Below are positions 50,040 to 60,599 of a stretch of 64,000 bases of DNA, one piece after another. This stretch comes from Gammaproteobacteria bacterium (GTDB lineage Bacteria > Pseudomonadota > Gammaproteobacteria > JBCCGL01). Every line of letters starts with the position of its first letter. The first letter of the stretch is position 1. The translations under genes were made by a program, and so were the position numbers. The DNA is taken from assembly GCA_965277715.1 (NCBI GenBank), contig OZ255836.1, positions 3,776,001-3,840,000 on the forward strand, given 5' to 3'. The notes below the pieces were generated by a model. The model had not been told where the DNA came from, searched no databases, and saw only the letters and a list, made by a program, of their open reading frames with translations.

Positions 50040-51194
50040 ATGAAAATAAACAGCAAACTGCCCCAGGTCGGCACCACCATTTTTACCGTTATGTCCGCGT
50101 TGGCGGCGAAACACAATGCGATCAACCTGTCGCAGGGGTTCCCCGACTATAGCCCACCTGAGGCGTTGGTTGAGGCCATGTGCCAAGCCTTGCGCAGCGG
50201 TGCGCATCAGTATGCACCCATGATTGGTTTGCCCGCACTGCGCGAACAACTGGCACTGAAAATCCAGCAACGCTACGCCCGTACCGTTAACCCGGACACC
50301 GGGATAACCATCGGTCCCGGTGCCACCGAAGCCCTGTACTGTGCGATTACGGCCCTAATCGGCAAAGGCGATGAAGTCATCGTGTTTGACCCGGCATATG
50401 ACAGTTATGCACCCGCCATTACACTAGCCGGTGGCCGCAGTGTGCACCTGCCGCTAACGATGGGTGATTTTCGCATCGACTGGCAACGCGTGCACGATGC
50501 CATCAACCCACGCACACGGATGATCATCATCAACACACCGCATAACCCGACGGGCACAATATTGGCGCGTGAGGATCTTGATCAATTGGCCGAACTCACG
50601 CGTGATACCGATATTGTGGTGCTTTCTGATGAGGTATATGAATACCTGGTCTTTGATGGCCACCAACACGCCAGCGTAATGTCTCACAGCGAGCTGTTTG
50701 CCCGTAGCGTCGCTGTGTTTTCATTTGGCAAGACGTTTCACGCCACCGGCTGGAAAACCGGTTACTGTGTGGCACCGCCAGCATTAATGGCAGAAATACG
50801 CAAAGTGCACCAGTTTGTCACCTTTGTTGCCAATACGGCAGTACAGCATGCACTGGCCACGTTTTACGTTGAAGATACCCAGCACCTCAGTGGCCTGGCT
50901 GATTTTTACCAACAAAAACGGGATGTGTTTTGTGCTGGACTAGCGCACACAAAATTTACCTTTACACCGTCTACCGGCACTTTTTTTCAGTTGGTCGATT
51001 ACAGCGCGCTAAGCGATAAAACAGACACCGATTTCTGTAATGCGATTACCGCACTGGGGGTTGCTGCCATTCCACTCTCACCATTCTACAACGACCCACC
51101 GCAACATCGTTTGGCGCGTTTTTGTTTTGCTAAAAATGACGAAACACTGCGACAGGCGCTGGCATTGCTGGCTGAGTTTGATCAAGTAGCGTGA
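50040..51194 (+). CDS. ybdL: Methionine aminotransferase (PLP, class I)
   Basis: SKLPQVGTTIF, NLSQGFPD, SFGKTFHATGWK. Confidence 0.85.
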   Translation: MKINSKLPQVGTTIFTVMSALAAKHNAINLSQGFPDYSPPEALVEAMCQALRSGAHQYAPMIGLPALREQLALKIQQRYARTVNPDTGITIGPGATEALYCAITALIGKGDEVIVFDPAYDSYAPAITLAGGRSVHLPLTMGDFRIDWQRVHDAINPRTRMIIINTPHNPTGTILAREDLDQLAELTRDTDIVVLSDEVYEYLVFDGHQHASVMSHSELFARSVAVFSFGKTFHATGWKTGYCVAPPALMAEIRKVHQFVTFVANTAVQHALATFYVEDTQHLSGLADFYQQKRDVFCAGLAHTKFTFTPSTGTFFQLVDYSALSDKTDTDFCNAITALGVAAIPLSPFYNDPPQHRLARFCFAKNDETLRQALALLAEFDQVA

Positions 51195-51266
51195 ATATAC
51201 AGTTGGCGTATACCTGTATTGGTTAGCAAGGTATTCTCACCGCCTGTATCGCACTCACTTGCCGCC

Positions 51267-51578
51267 CTAAACCCGACAGGCGCCTAGTTTTTCCTCAACA
51301 CTCGCAATTTTGTCCTGGATAGACTGCTCGCGGTCAGTGCGGGTGCCTACGCGCAGTGTTGAACCACAACGCGCCACACCCATTGCATGCATTTTTTCAT
51401 GGCAGGCTTTAACTGCCGCCATCACTTCATCCCACTCGCCCTCGACATTGGTGCCATAACCGTGCATATGGTGCGTGAGGCCCGCTCCATCAAAAATCTT
51501 TTGGCACTCGGCCACGTATTTTGATACAGACAAACCGACGTTTGCCGGGCTGACACAGATATCAATCATCACTTTCAT
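51267..51578 (-). CDS. MTH1187/YkoF-like thiamine-binding family protein
   Basis: SVSKYVA, GTNVEGEWD, GTRTD. Confidence 0.85.
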   Translation of the reverse strand: MKVMIDICVSPANVGLSVSKYVAECQKIFDGAGLTHHMHGYGTNVEGEWDEVMAAVKACHEKMHAMGVARCGSTLRVGTRTDREQSIQDKIASVEEKLGACRV

Positions 51579-51637
51579 TTTATTGGCCTTATCGATACGA
51601 TTATTTGTTACGCTAATGCGTTCTTAAAAATACACAC

Positions 51638-52621
51638 TTGACTATTATGTTACCACCATCAACCCCTGTCGTCCTGGTGCTGGATGAAACCCCGGAAAGT
51701 TATCTGGATGGTTTGCGCGCACGCTTTCCGGCGCTACGCATAGAAGCCTGCCGCGACGGTGAACAGGCACAATCACACGTAGCGCGATTACAGGCACAAA
51801 TTATCCTTAGCTGTAAAAGTGATCGCATCCCCGGTGCCGACAAACGCGATGCCATTATGCAGCCCAGTGTTAAGTGGGTACACGTATGCGGTGCCGGGTT
51901 TGACCATATCGATCCTATCAGTGACTTTGCTGCCATCGTCACCAATTCTGCTGGCGTGCTTAGCGCCTACCTCGGCGAGACCATTATCGGCATGATGATG
52001 GCGATGAGCTTCGGTTTTCCCGCTTATTTTCACCACCAACGCGCCCACCGCTGGCAACCCGAGCCGCGCCGTTCGTTAATAGGTAAGACAGCACTGATTA
52101 TCGGGCTTGGCAATGTGGGGCGCGAAGTGGCGTACCGCTGTAAACAGGCGGGTATGCACGTGCTTGGTATTCGCAACACCCCCGTGCCGACAAAAAATGT
52201 CGACGAAGTCGCCGGGATGGATGATTTGATGGCGTTGCTGCCACGGGCAGACTATGTATGCCTGCACACGCCACTCACCGACCTCACCCGCGACTTATTG
52301 GGTGCAGCACAGTTTGCCGCAATGCCACCCGGTAGTTATTTTCTCAACGCGGCACGCGGCGGTATTGTCGATGAGGCAGCCCTGCATCAGGCACTCATCA
52401 GTGGCCATTTATGCGCTGCCTACTCAGACGTATTTGCCCAGGAACCACTGCCAGCCGACAGCCCGCTCTGGGATCTGGATAACCTGATTATCAGCCCTCA
52501 CTACGCCGACTCAATTGACAACTGGAAACAATATTACGTGGACTTATTTGCAGACAACCTACAATGCTGGATTGAAGGTAAACCATTGCGGAATATCGTC
52601 GACCCGCAAAAAGGTTATTAA
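51638..52621 (+). CDS. D-2-hydroxyacid dehydrogenase
   Basis: GLGNVG, NAARG, DVFAQEPL, ISPH. Confidence 0.9.
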   Translation: MTIMLPPSTPVVLVLDETPESYLDGLRARFPALRIEACRDGEQAQSHVARLQAQIILSCKSDRIPGADKRDAIMQPSVKWVHVCGAGFDHIDPISDFAAIVTNSAGVLSAYLGETIIGMMMAMSFGFPAYFHHQRAHRWQPEPRRSLIGKTALIIGLGNVGREVAYRCKQAGMHVLGIRNTPVPTKNVDEVAGMDDLMALLPRADYVCLHTPLTDLTRDLLGAAQFAAMPPGSYFLNAARGGIVDEAALHQALISGHLCAAYSDVFAQEPLPADSPLWDLDNLIISPHYADSIDNWKQYYVDLFADNLQCWIEGKPLRNIVDPQKGY

Positions 52622-52622
52622 T

Positions 52623-53237
52623 ATGCCCGGTATCCTGCAACGTCAGCATTGGGTGTTTGATATGGATGGCACACTCACTGTTGCTGTGCACGACTTTGAA
52701 GCGATGCGCAAGGCACTGAACATCGCGCCTAAAGTGCCGATTCTCGAAGCCCTGGCGGCGATGCCCACAGACCAGGCGGTGGAAAAACGCGCACTCCTGG
52801 ATGAGATGGAACGGGAAACCGCCAGCCGTTCCACCCCCATGCCGGGTGCCGCTGCATTACTTGCGGCGCTACAGCAGCGCGGTGTGCGCATGGGCATCCT
52901 GACCCGCAATAACCACGCCAGCGCTATTACCACGTTAAGTGCGTGTGGCTTCGATCAGTACTTCGATGCTCAGGATATCCTGCACCGCGATTCCTGCACC
53001 CCTAAACCCGCCCCGGACGGTATTAACCAGTTACTGCATCAATGGCGTGCCCCCGCACACGATGCTGTGATGGTAGGGGACTACCTGTTCGACTTACAGG
53101 CGGGAAAATGCGCCCACACAGCCACCATTTACATCGATACCCAGGCGTGTTTTGAGTGGGCTGAATATGCCGATATTAGTATTGCCAGCTTGGCCGAGCT
53201 GCTACCGCTGCCCTCTCCCAGGAGTCTGCCGGGCTGA
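52623..53237 (+). CDS. HAD-family hydrolase
   Basis: FDMDGTL, LTRN, KPAP, GDYLFD. Confidence 0.88.
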   Translation: MPGILQRQHWVFDMDGTLTVAVHDFEAMRKALNIAPKVPILEALAAMPTDQAVEKRALLDEMERETASRSTPMPGAAALLAALQQRGVRMGILTRNNHASAITTLSACGFDQYFDAQDILHRDSCTPKPAPDGINQLLHQWRAPAHDAVMVGDYLFDLQAGKCAHTATIYIDTQACFEWAEYADISIASLAELLPLPSPRSLPG

Positions 53238-53477
53238 GGCGCCCGTAGCGGGGAAAAGACCGATTTGAGTCATTTTTTGCGCACTACGGCGCTTCGCGTA
53301 AAAATGCCATAACAGACCTATATCCGGTATAATGCCCAAATTTGCTCTTTGCCACGGCATATCATACAGTCAAGAGGCGTGCATGATAGTGGTTGGTCAA
53401 GAGTTGGCACTGATTACTGTGTTGTTTGTTGGCGTGGCTATTACGGTGTATTCGACTTTAACCTACTAAAGTTTACT

Positions 53478-54359
53478 ATGGGCTTAAAAGTAAAATTTAA
53501 CTTGATAATGCTGATTGCATTGTTGATCACCCTCTGTGCTACAGCGTTTATCGGGCAGCGCGTGCTGTCTGCAAATACACAGCAGGAAGTGCTGAATAAC
53601 GCCAAGTTGTTAATGACAGCCGCCGAATCGATCCGTACCCATACCAACTTAAAACTGATGCCGTTAATTTTTGGCAGAAAAGACGAAAAATTTGTTCCAG
53701 ATCTGCTGCCTTCAGTCAATACCAGCCGTATTCTCGATGAAATTAATGAGACATTTGAAAACTACCATTATAGCCAGGTAGCGATTAATCCCACTAATCT
53801 AAACAATAAAGCATCTGACTGGCAGGCAGACATCATTAATTACTTTCGGCAGAACCCTGATTCAGATAGCTATGTGCTGATGCGTAAACCGACCAGTCAG
53901 AGTGAGTCACTGGTGTTAGCCAAACCGATAAAGGTCGAAGATACCCGTTGCCTTATTTGCCACAGCAATCCAGAATTTGCCCCGCAATCAATGCTCGATA
54001 TCTACGGTAAAGAAAACGGTTTTGGCTGGGAAATCGATGAAATTGTTGGCATTGCCATGGTAAACATCCCAACCAATATCCCCCGCAGTAAGGCCAATAG
54101 TGCATTTTATACTTTTATGCTTATTAGCCTGTTATTGGTGCTGAGTATCTGGATTTTGCTTAATATACTGCTACATTTTGTCGTAATAAAGCCGGTTAAG
54201 TTGATGGCTGAGTCGGCGGATAAAATCAGTACGGGTGATTTCAGTGCACCTGAATTTTCGTCCAATAGCAAAGATGAAATATCATCGTTGGGGAAATCGT
54301 TCAACCGTATGTACCGCAGCCTGAAAAGTGCAATACGTTTACTTGATAAACAGCCGTGA
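53478..54359 (+). CDS. Membrane haem-c sensor (DUF3365/Tll0287-like) with HAMP and no output domain
   Basis: Two TM, INPTN, CLICH haem-binding motif, YG..NGFGW, HAMP ending DEISSLGKSFNRM then stop. Confidence 0.82.
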   Translation: MGLKVKFNLIMLIALLITLCATAFIGQRVLSANTQQEVLNNAKLLMTAAESIRTHTNLKLMPLIFGRKDEKFVPDLLPSVNTSRILDEINETFENYHYSQVAINPTNLNNKASDWQADIINYFRQNPDSDSYVLMRKPTSQSESLVLAKPIKVEDTRCLICHSNPEFAPQSMLDIYGKENGFGWEIDEIVGIAMVNIPTNIPRSKANSAFYTFMLISLLLVLSIWILLNILLHFVVIKPVKLMAESADKISTGDFSAPEFSSNSKDEISSLGKSFNRMYRSLKSAIRLLDKQP

Positions 54360-55750
54360 CAGAACCGTATGAAAAAATTGGTAAATACCTTATCAAGCGC
54401 ACCATTGGTGAGGGCGCGATGGGTGTGGTACTGGAAGGGTTTGATCCGCACATAGAGCGCCGTGTCGCCATCAAACGCCTGCACTCCCATTTGATTGTCG
54501 GCGATACCAAAGAGGAATTTCTACAACGCTTCAAGCAAGAGGCCCGCATCGCGGCGCGTTGCTCGCACCCCAATATTGTCATGGTGCTTGAGTACGGTGA
54601 ACACCAGGATACACCTTATATCGTGATGGAGTATGTGGACGGTGTCAGCCTGCAGGACCTTATGCAAAAAAAGCGCGTCCGGCTCCTGAAAAGCGCTATT
54701 TCCTATATGGCACAGACCCTTAAAGCGCTTAGTGTTGCGCATGCACAAGGCGTTATTCACCGTGATATTAAACCCGCCAACATTATTGTTATGCAAAATG
54801 GTTCAATCAAGCTAAGCGATTTTGGTATCGCACGGGTGCCGGTAGACAATAACTTAACCCAGACAGGTGTTGTGGTCGGTACACCGCGCTATATGTCACC
54901 TGAACAGGCAATGGCCCGCTCAGCCGATCAACGGAGTGATTTGTATTCATTGACCATGGTGTTTGCCCAGATACTAGTCGGGCTGAGCTTGCCGCCTTCG
55001 ATTCCCGTGAAGGTGCTGCCAAAAATCAAGGGGCTTGCCAAAACGCATTACATCAACAACGAAGTACCCATACCGAAAGTATTGATTCCCATTATTATTA
55101 AAGGTCTGGCCTTTGATCCTGATGAGCGTATTCAAACGGCAAAAGAATACCTTACTCGGCTTAAATCAGCGGTGAATGCACTGAAACCTGAAAACAACAC
55201 AACTGAAAATAACACAAGCAGTTCACTGCCTATCGATACAGATATGGCGACTGCTATGCGAAAAGCCCAGATGAATATGTCGTCTATTGGTTCAAATGAG
55301 CTTGAAACGATGCGCACTATGCTGTCCAACTACATTGGTTCTGTTGCAGAAAATATCATACAGAGTGAGGCCACTCAGCACCGTGAAGCGACCGCCCTCG
55401 CCCATGCAGTTGCGGCAGAAATTCCCGATAAGTCAGATCGAAAGGCATTTATTACACAGTGGGAGGCACAGTCGGGGCAACAGACTTCCACCACTGGTAA
55501 GGCTGGCGATACAGCGCGCATGATAGTGAGTGATCGCACCTCTGTGGCCAATTATCTGGCGGGTGTCGATAGTGAAAAACTGGAAAAAACCTTTGCTCTG
55601 TACGTCGGCCCGATGGCAGGTCGGTTGATAAAGTTATACAAGGGTAAATGCCGCACTTTTTCTGAGCTGATTGATATGTTGACCGAAGAGATTCCTGACG
55701 AAACAGACAAACAGGCTTTTCTCGTCGAATGGCATGATGCCCTGACCTGA
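54356..55750 (+). CDS. Soluble Hanks-type Ser/Thr protein kinase
   Basis: IGEGAMG, VAIK, HRDIKPAN, DFGIA, GTPRYMSPE; no TM; GTGA overlap with the sensor gene. Confidence 0.92.
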   Translation: MTEPYEKIGKYLIKRTIGEGAMGVVLEGFDPHIERRVAIKRLHSHLIVGDTKEEFLQRFKQEARIAARCSHPNIVMVLEYGEHQDTPYIVMEYVDGVSLQDLMQKKRVRLLKSAISYMAQTLKALSVAHAQGVIHRDIKPANIIVMQNGSIKLSDFGIARVPVDNNLTQTGVVVGTPRYMSPEQAMARSADQRSDLYSLTMVFAQILVGLSLPPSIPVKVLPKIKGLAKTHYINNEVPIPKVLIPIIIKGLAFDPDERIQTAKEYLTRLKSAVNALKPENNTTENNTSSSLPIDTDMATAMRKAQMNMSSIGSNELETMRTMLSNYIGSVAENIIQSEATQHREATALAHAVAAEIPDKSDRKAFITQWEAQSGQQTSTTGKAGDTARMIVSDRTSVANYLAGVDSEKLEKTFALYVGPMAGRLIKLYKGKCRTFSELIDMLTEEIPDETDKQAFLVEWHDALT

Positions 55751-55828
55751 TACAATACTCTGCATCCACTCCCCCAACAAAATGCGGCTAATAATCGGGC
55801 GACTGATCCTGTCGTAGGCATTACTGCC

Positions 55829-56665
55829 ATGCTGGTTAGCATGTTGCTGTTTTCCGTAATGGACGCGCTGGTGAAATGGCTGAGTGCTACTTACCCCACC
55901 CATCAGATTATTTTTTTTCGCTGTACAGTCGCATTAGTACCGGTGTTGACCTTGCTCTATTTGCGCGGTGGCGTCAAAATTCTTCACAGCAAAAGGCCGT
56001 GGCTGCATGTTGCGCGTTCACTGCTTGGGCTCAGTGCAATGGGGTGTGCATTCTATGGCTTTTCATTGATGCGGCTGGCCGATGCAATTTCGATTCTGCA
56101 CACCACCCCCTTGTTTATGACAGTGTTGTCTGTCGTGATACTGGGTGAAAAAGTAGGTGTTCGCCGCTGGTCTGCGGTGACTATTGGGTTTATTGGTATG
56201 TTGATTGTTGTGCGCCCAGGTGAGGGGATATTCGACAGCGGTAGCGCTTATATGCTGATTGCAGCCCTTTGTATCGCCACGACCACTATCATCGTTCGCC
56301 AACTGAGTGTCAGTGATGACCCCGCATCGATTACCTTTTACTTTACCCTGTCTGGCAGCATTGTCGGTATCCTGGCGTGTATCTGGCTGGGTTGGCAACC
56401 CCCTCCGTTGATTGACTGGTTGTTACTGCTTGCGGTGGGTTTGCTGGGTGGTTGTGCGCAATATGCAATGACACTCAGTTACCGAAATGCCGAGGTCGGT
56501 ATCGTCGCACCATTAAAGTACCTGTCTATCGCTATAGGCGGTACTATTGGTTATTTAATCTGGTCAGAAATACCGGATAGTCAGAGTGCCATTGGCATTA
56601 GTATTATTGTTGCCACAGGCTTATACACGCTGCACCGGGAAATTCGATTGGCCAATCAAAAATGA
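55829..56665 (+). CDS. DMT/EamA family transporter
   Basis: ~10 TM, ILGEKVG, WSEIPD; start may lie further upstream. Confidence 0.88.
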   Translation: MLVSMLLFSVMDALVKWLSATYPTHQIIFFRCTVALVPVLTLLYLRGGVKILHSKRPWLHVARSLLGLSAMGCAFYGFSLMRLADAISILHTTPLFMTVLSVVILGEKVGVRRWSAVTIGFIGMLIVVRPGEGIFDSGSAYMLIAALCIATTTIIVRQLSVSDDPASITFYFTLSGSIVGILACIWLGWQPPPLIDWLLLLAVGLLGGCAQYAMTLSYRNAEVGIVAPLKYLSIAIGGTIGYLIWSEIPDSQSAIGISIIVATGLYTLHREIRLANQK

Positions 56666-56678
56666 ATGTGAGTATGTT

Positions 56679-57257
56679 ATGCCTGTATTGAAAAAAACAT
56701 CGATAACAGGGTGTGTCGAGGCCGTGTTAATTAACCGCGATGCCACTACCGGTCTAAGCAGTGAGCGGGTGGATAAAGTCAATGCAGATTATGGCGGTTT
56801 TCAGGGTGATGCCCACTACGGGGTAACCCGCGCTTCCTGTGTGCGCGTCCGGCAACAATACGCTGAGGGCACTGAGATCCGCAATACCCGGCAAGTGTCG
56901 ATTTTATCGGTAGAGGAAATGCAACAAATCGCCGGGGCAATGAATATTCCCGCATTGCTGCCCGAGTGGGTGGGCGCCAATATGAGCCTTAGCGGCATTC
57001 CACAACTGAGCCAGCTTCCTCCCTCGTCACGTTTAATTTTTGCAGAGGGGGCATCGCTGGTAGTGGATATGGAAAATGGCCCATGCAAATACCCCGGTGA
57101 TGTGATCGAACAATACCACCCAGGACACGGTGTGCGTTTTGCCAGCGCTGCCATAAACCGTCGCGGGGTCACGGCGTGGGTTGAACGCGAGGGTGTTATC
57201 AAACAAGGGGAGCGCGTGGTACTGCATATTCCACCGCAGCGGATCTACTCGCTCTAA
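56679..57257 (+). CDS. MOSC-domain protein
   Basis: GDAH, RNTRQVS, GAN, ENGPC, RRGV. Confidence 0.8.
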   Translation: MPVLKKTSITGCVEAVLINRDATTGLSSERVDKVNADYGGFQGDAHYGVTRASCVRVRQQYAEGTEIRNTRQVSILSVEEMQQIAGAMNIPALLPEWVGANMSLSGIPQLSQLPPSSRLIFAEGASLVVDMENGPCKYPGDVIEQYHPGHGVRFASAAINRRGVTAWVEREGVIKQGERVVLHIPPQRIYSL

Positions 57258-57276
57258 TCCAGCATTTAACCCGGCA

Positions 57277-57552
57277 ATGCAATTCCCCGTCGACAAATTG
57301 CTGAAAAAGAATGCGGCGCTCACTCATTCCGAAATGATGAAAGTCACTTCACACGTACAGCGCGAGAGTGACGACTGGATTATCAATACCGTGATGGTGG
57401 AAAATGTTGATATTCCGTTTAAATACAAGCGTAAAAAACGCTACAAAAACCTCACGGGTGCCCGCGTTAACATGACCTACTACCCCCACAGTGAAACCGT
57501 CGCCGGGTTGGTGTTTGAAACGATGAAAGTAGTACGGATCCGCATCGCCTGA
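57277..57552 (+). CDS. Small hypothetical protein (OB-fold-like)
   Basis: 91-aa ORF, FKYKR..LTGARVNMTYYP. Confidence 0.55.
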   Translation: MQFPVDKLLKKNAALTHSEMMKVTSHVQRESDDWIINTVMVENVDIPFKYKRKKRYKNLTGARVNMTYYPHSETVAGLVFETMKVVRIRIA

Positions 57553-57561
57553 CACGTTGAC

Positions 57562-57950
57562 CTATGGCACCACATGCCCATCAGACAGGGTTTGCAGAAA
57601 AGCGACAATATCCTGCACCTGTGCATTGGTTAAACTCAAATTACCGATACCACCGGCCAGGTTAGCGTTGACCTCTGCATTACTCGCGTTGTGGCTGTTG
57701 TAGAGCTCGACCACCTCCGTCAGTGTTGAAAAACACCGTTGTGCCTATAAGGGGTTGTCAGTGCAATATTGCGTAAAGTCGGCACCCGGAATTTGCCGTT
57801 TTCGGCAGTGTTATTCACCGCTGAACCCAAGCCGAGGTCAACAAACGTTGGGTTTTGCACTAAAAATGGATTGTTTGGGTTTGGCGGTACACCAATATTT
57901 TCAATGGGTGCTCCTGAAACGAACTGTTTATACCTAAAATTATAGGTATC
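57562..57950 (-). pseudogene. Cytochrome c peroxidase/MauG family C-terminal remnant
   Basis: NIGVP, GKFRVPTLRNIALTTPY.HNG, frameshift near 57722, then EVVELYN..IVAFLQTLSD. Confidence 0.78.
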
Positions 57951-58064
57951 TATTAGGCAGATAATGTGCAAAAAACGAGGATCATCAGTATTGACAAGGG
58001 TGCGCGCAACTACCAGCATTGCACACTGTTTAGATCAACGACTTACTTTAACCTAATAATCACG

Positions 58065-58883
58065 ATGGAATTTGTTTCAATAAACCAGCAGGCACGCGAG
58101 TGCTTTCAGCGACAGGGGGCAATCTGTCTGCGTGGACAGTTTACCGACTGGCTCGATGTGTTGCGAGCCGGTGTGCAACGCAACTATGACGCCCCCGGTC
58201 CCTACTTTTCACAAAACAATACGGCCACAGATACCGGCAGTTTTTGGGACGACTACTGCAACTGGCAGCGCATTGCTGAATACGAACAATTTGTCCGCGA
58301 ATCGAGCATGGCCCGGTACGCTGCTGAGGTTATGAATTCAACGACCGCACAATTGTTTCACGACCATGTGCTGGTTAAAGAACCCGGTTCGAATAAACCT
58401 ACGCCGTGGCACCAGGATGCCCCTTATTATTTTGTCGACGGCACCCAGACCGTCAGCTTTTGGGTTGCGCTTGACGATGTGGCTATAGAGCACACACTGA
58501 AACTTATCGCCGGATCAAACCACTGGCCCAAACTGGTAAAACCTGTCAAATGGATTGACGACAGCAGCTTTTATATCAACCAACAGGACGCCTACATGGC
58601 ACTCCCGGATATCGATGCCAACCCACAAGACTACACAGTACTGCGCTGGGCGATGCAGCCCGGCGATGCGGTGCTGTTCGACTACCGCTGCGTACATGGC
58701 GCCAATGGCAATCACAGCGAAAAACGCCGCCGCGCCTTTTCAGTGCGTTGGGTGGGTGATGATGCGCGCTACATTGAAAGGCCAGGGCGCACATCCCCGC
58801 CATTTCCAGGTCACAATATGGTCACCGGGCAACGCCTGCGGGAAGACTGGTTTCCTGTTATCTGGCCAGCAACGACTGACTAA
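58065..58883 (+). CDS. Phytanoyl-CoA dioxygenase family (Fe/2OG)
   Basis: PWHQD, PGDAVLF, HGA, RRA. Confidence 0.88.
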   Translation: MEFVSINQQARECFQRQGAICLRGQFTDWLDVLRAGVQRNYDAPGPYFSQNNTATDTGSFWDDYCNWQRIAEYEQFVRESSMARYAAEVMNSTTAQLFHDHVLVKEPGSNKPTPWHQDAPYYFVDGTQTVSFWVALDDVAIEHTLKLIAGSNHWPKLVKPVKWIDDSSFYINQQDAYMALPDIDANPQDYTVLRWAMQPGDAVLFDYRCVHGANGNHSEKRRRAFSVRWVGDDARYIERPGRTSPPFPGHNMVTGQRLREDWFPVIWPATTD

Positions 58884-58925
58884 AACGGCCTGATGCCTTC
58901 CACCCTTAACAAGTAAGTGATAGCC

Positions 58926-59642
58926 ATGCCTAAAAACACACTGGGACAAGCCATTGGCTTTCCACTAGTCAATTTCCAAACACCTGAACGACCGCCCATT
59001 ACGCCGATGCACGGGCGTTATTGCCGTATTGAACACCTGGATATTGCCCGTCACGCGGCGGCATTGCACGACGCTAATAATAAAGATACAGAACATCGCA
59101 ACTGGACCTATCTGCCCTACGGGCCATTCACCACGCTCGACGATTACACGCGCTGGATGGAAGAGGCCTGTTTCAACGGTGATCCGCTATTTCATAGCAT
59201 CATCGATAACACCAGCGGTGAGGCGGTTGGGCTGGCCAGCTATCTGCGTATCGACCCACGCAACGCCTCTATCGAAGTGGGGCATATCAATTTTTCACCG
59301 CTATTACAGCGTACTGTCGCGGCGACAGAATCTATGTTCCTGTTAATGCAGCGTGCTTTTGCACTGGGCTACCGCCGCTATGAATGGAAGTGTGATGCCC
59401 TCAATAAACCCTCACAGCAGGCGGCACAGCGATTGGGGTTTCGCTATGAGGGCACTTTTCGCCAGGCCACCCACTACAAAAACCGCAACCGCGATACCGC
59501 GTGGTACAGCATCATCGACACCGAATGGCCCACATTGCAAACGGCTTTCCAGCATTGGCTGGCGGTGGATAATTTTGACCCCAATGGCAGGCAACGCCTA
59601 TCCCTATCCGCTTTGACTTCAGCCGCCCGCGATACACTTTAA
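58926..59642 (+). CDS. RimJ/RimL-type GNAT acetyltransferase
   Basis: WTYLPYGPF, IEVGH, YRRYEWKC, RNRDTAWYS. Confidence 0.88.
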   Translation: MPKNTLGQAIGFPLVNFQTPERPPITPMHGRYCRIEHLDIARHAAALHDANNKDTEHRNWTYLPYGPFTTLDDYTRWMEEACFNGDPLFHSIIDNTSGEAVGLASYLRIDPRNASIEVGHINFSPLLQRTVAATESMFLLMQRAFALGYRRYEWKCDALNKPSQQAAQRLGFRYEGTFRQATHYKNRNRDTAWYSIIDTEWPTLQTAFQHWLAVDNFDPNGRQRLSLSALTSAARDTL

Positions 59643-59655
59643 CGTCGAGAACACC

Positions 59656-60534
59656 ATGCAAATATTTCAGAAAGGTATAGCTGACCCGGTGCCCGCAGCA
59701 GGTCGTTATTTATACTTTGACCTACGTTTTGCCGCCGATGTGCGCACAGGCCTAAAAAACTTACAGACCATTGCCGATGGCGAGCATATTATCGTGGGTA
59801 TCGGTCACTCACTGCTGTCGGCACTCGACCGGGAACTCACCGCCATGCCAGTGTTTCCCGCTTTGTCGCAACACGGGCTGGATATTCCCTCGACACCTGC
59901 CGCGCTCTGGTGCTGGCTGCGCGGCGATGATCGCGGTGAACTGTTGCACCTATCACGCAAAGTCATTGCGGCGGTGTCAGGTTCTTTTCAACTGCTTACC
60001 TGCATCGACGCCTTCCGCTACGGTATTGGCCGCGACCTGACCGGCTACGAAGACGGCACCGAAAACCCACAAGACGAAGAGGCCATCGAAGCGGCTTTTG
60101 TGCACGATGACAGCGCGTTGCACGGCTCCAGCTTTGTCGCGGTGCAAAAGTGGCAACACAATCTGGAGGCATTCGATGCCATGCCGCAAGCACAGCGCGA
60201 TAACACCATTGGTCGGCGCCTGAGTGACAACGAAGAGCTGGAAGACGCACCAGAATCGGCACATGTCAAACGTACTGCACAGGAGAGCTTTTCCCCCGAG
60301 GCATTTATGTTGCGGCGCTCTATGCCCTGGGCTGATGCCTGTGTGCAAGGCCTGGTGTTCGTGGCATTTGCCAACAGCGTATACCCGTTTGCCGCACAGA
60401 TGCAGCGCATGATTGGGGCAGAGGATGGCATTCGCGATGCCCTGTTCCAGTTCACCCGGCCCGTTTCCGGCAACTACTTCTGGTGCCCACCGATGCAGGG
60501 AGGCAAGCTGGATCTCCAGTTTCTCGGCGTATAA
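59656..60534 (+). CDS. Dye-decolorizing (DyP-type) peroxidase
   Basis: GYEDGTENP, IGRR, SAH, LRRS. Confidence 0.92.
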   Translation: MQIFQKGIADPVPAAGRYLYFDLRFAADVRTGLKNLQTIADGEHIIVGIGHSLLSALDRELTAMPVFPALSQHGLDIPSTPAALWCWLRGDDRGELLHLSRKVIAAVSGSFQLLTCIDAFRYGIGRDLTGYEDGTENPQDEEAIEAAFVHDDSALHGSSFVAVQKWQHNLEAFDAMPQAQRDNTIGRRLSDNEELEDAPESAHVKRTAQESFSPEAFMLRRSMPWADACVQGLVFVAFANSVYPFAAQMQRMIGAEDGIRDALFQFTRPVSGNYFWCPPMQGGKLDLQFLGV

Positions 60535-60599
60535 CTGTTGATTAGTCTGTTGATTAACCGAGGGTAGCATCCCGCTGCCCAGTACCTGGAACTATCGCC

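Noticed and set aside
47944-50270. Long alternative-frame and antisense ORFs (253 aa, 228 aa) over uvrD
   Set aside because: Shadow ORFs of a GC-rich conserved gene with no motifs
57562-57950. MauG-like maturase for the quinoprotein GoxA
   Set aside because: Frameshifted fragment 55 kb away; CTQ in LodA/GoxA is made by the adjacent flavoprotein
60480-60534. Encapsulin cargo-loading peptide on DyP
   Set aside because: C-terminus GKLDLQFLGV lacks the GSLxIGSL-type motif and no encapsulin gene is adjacent
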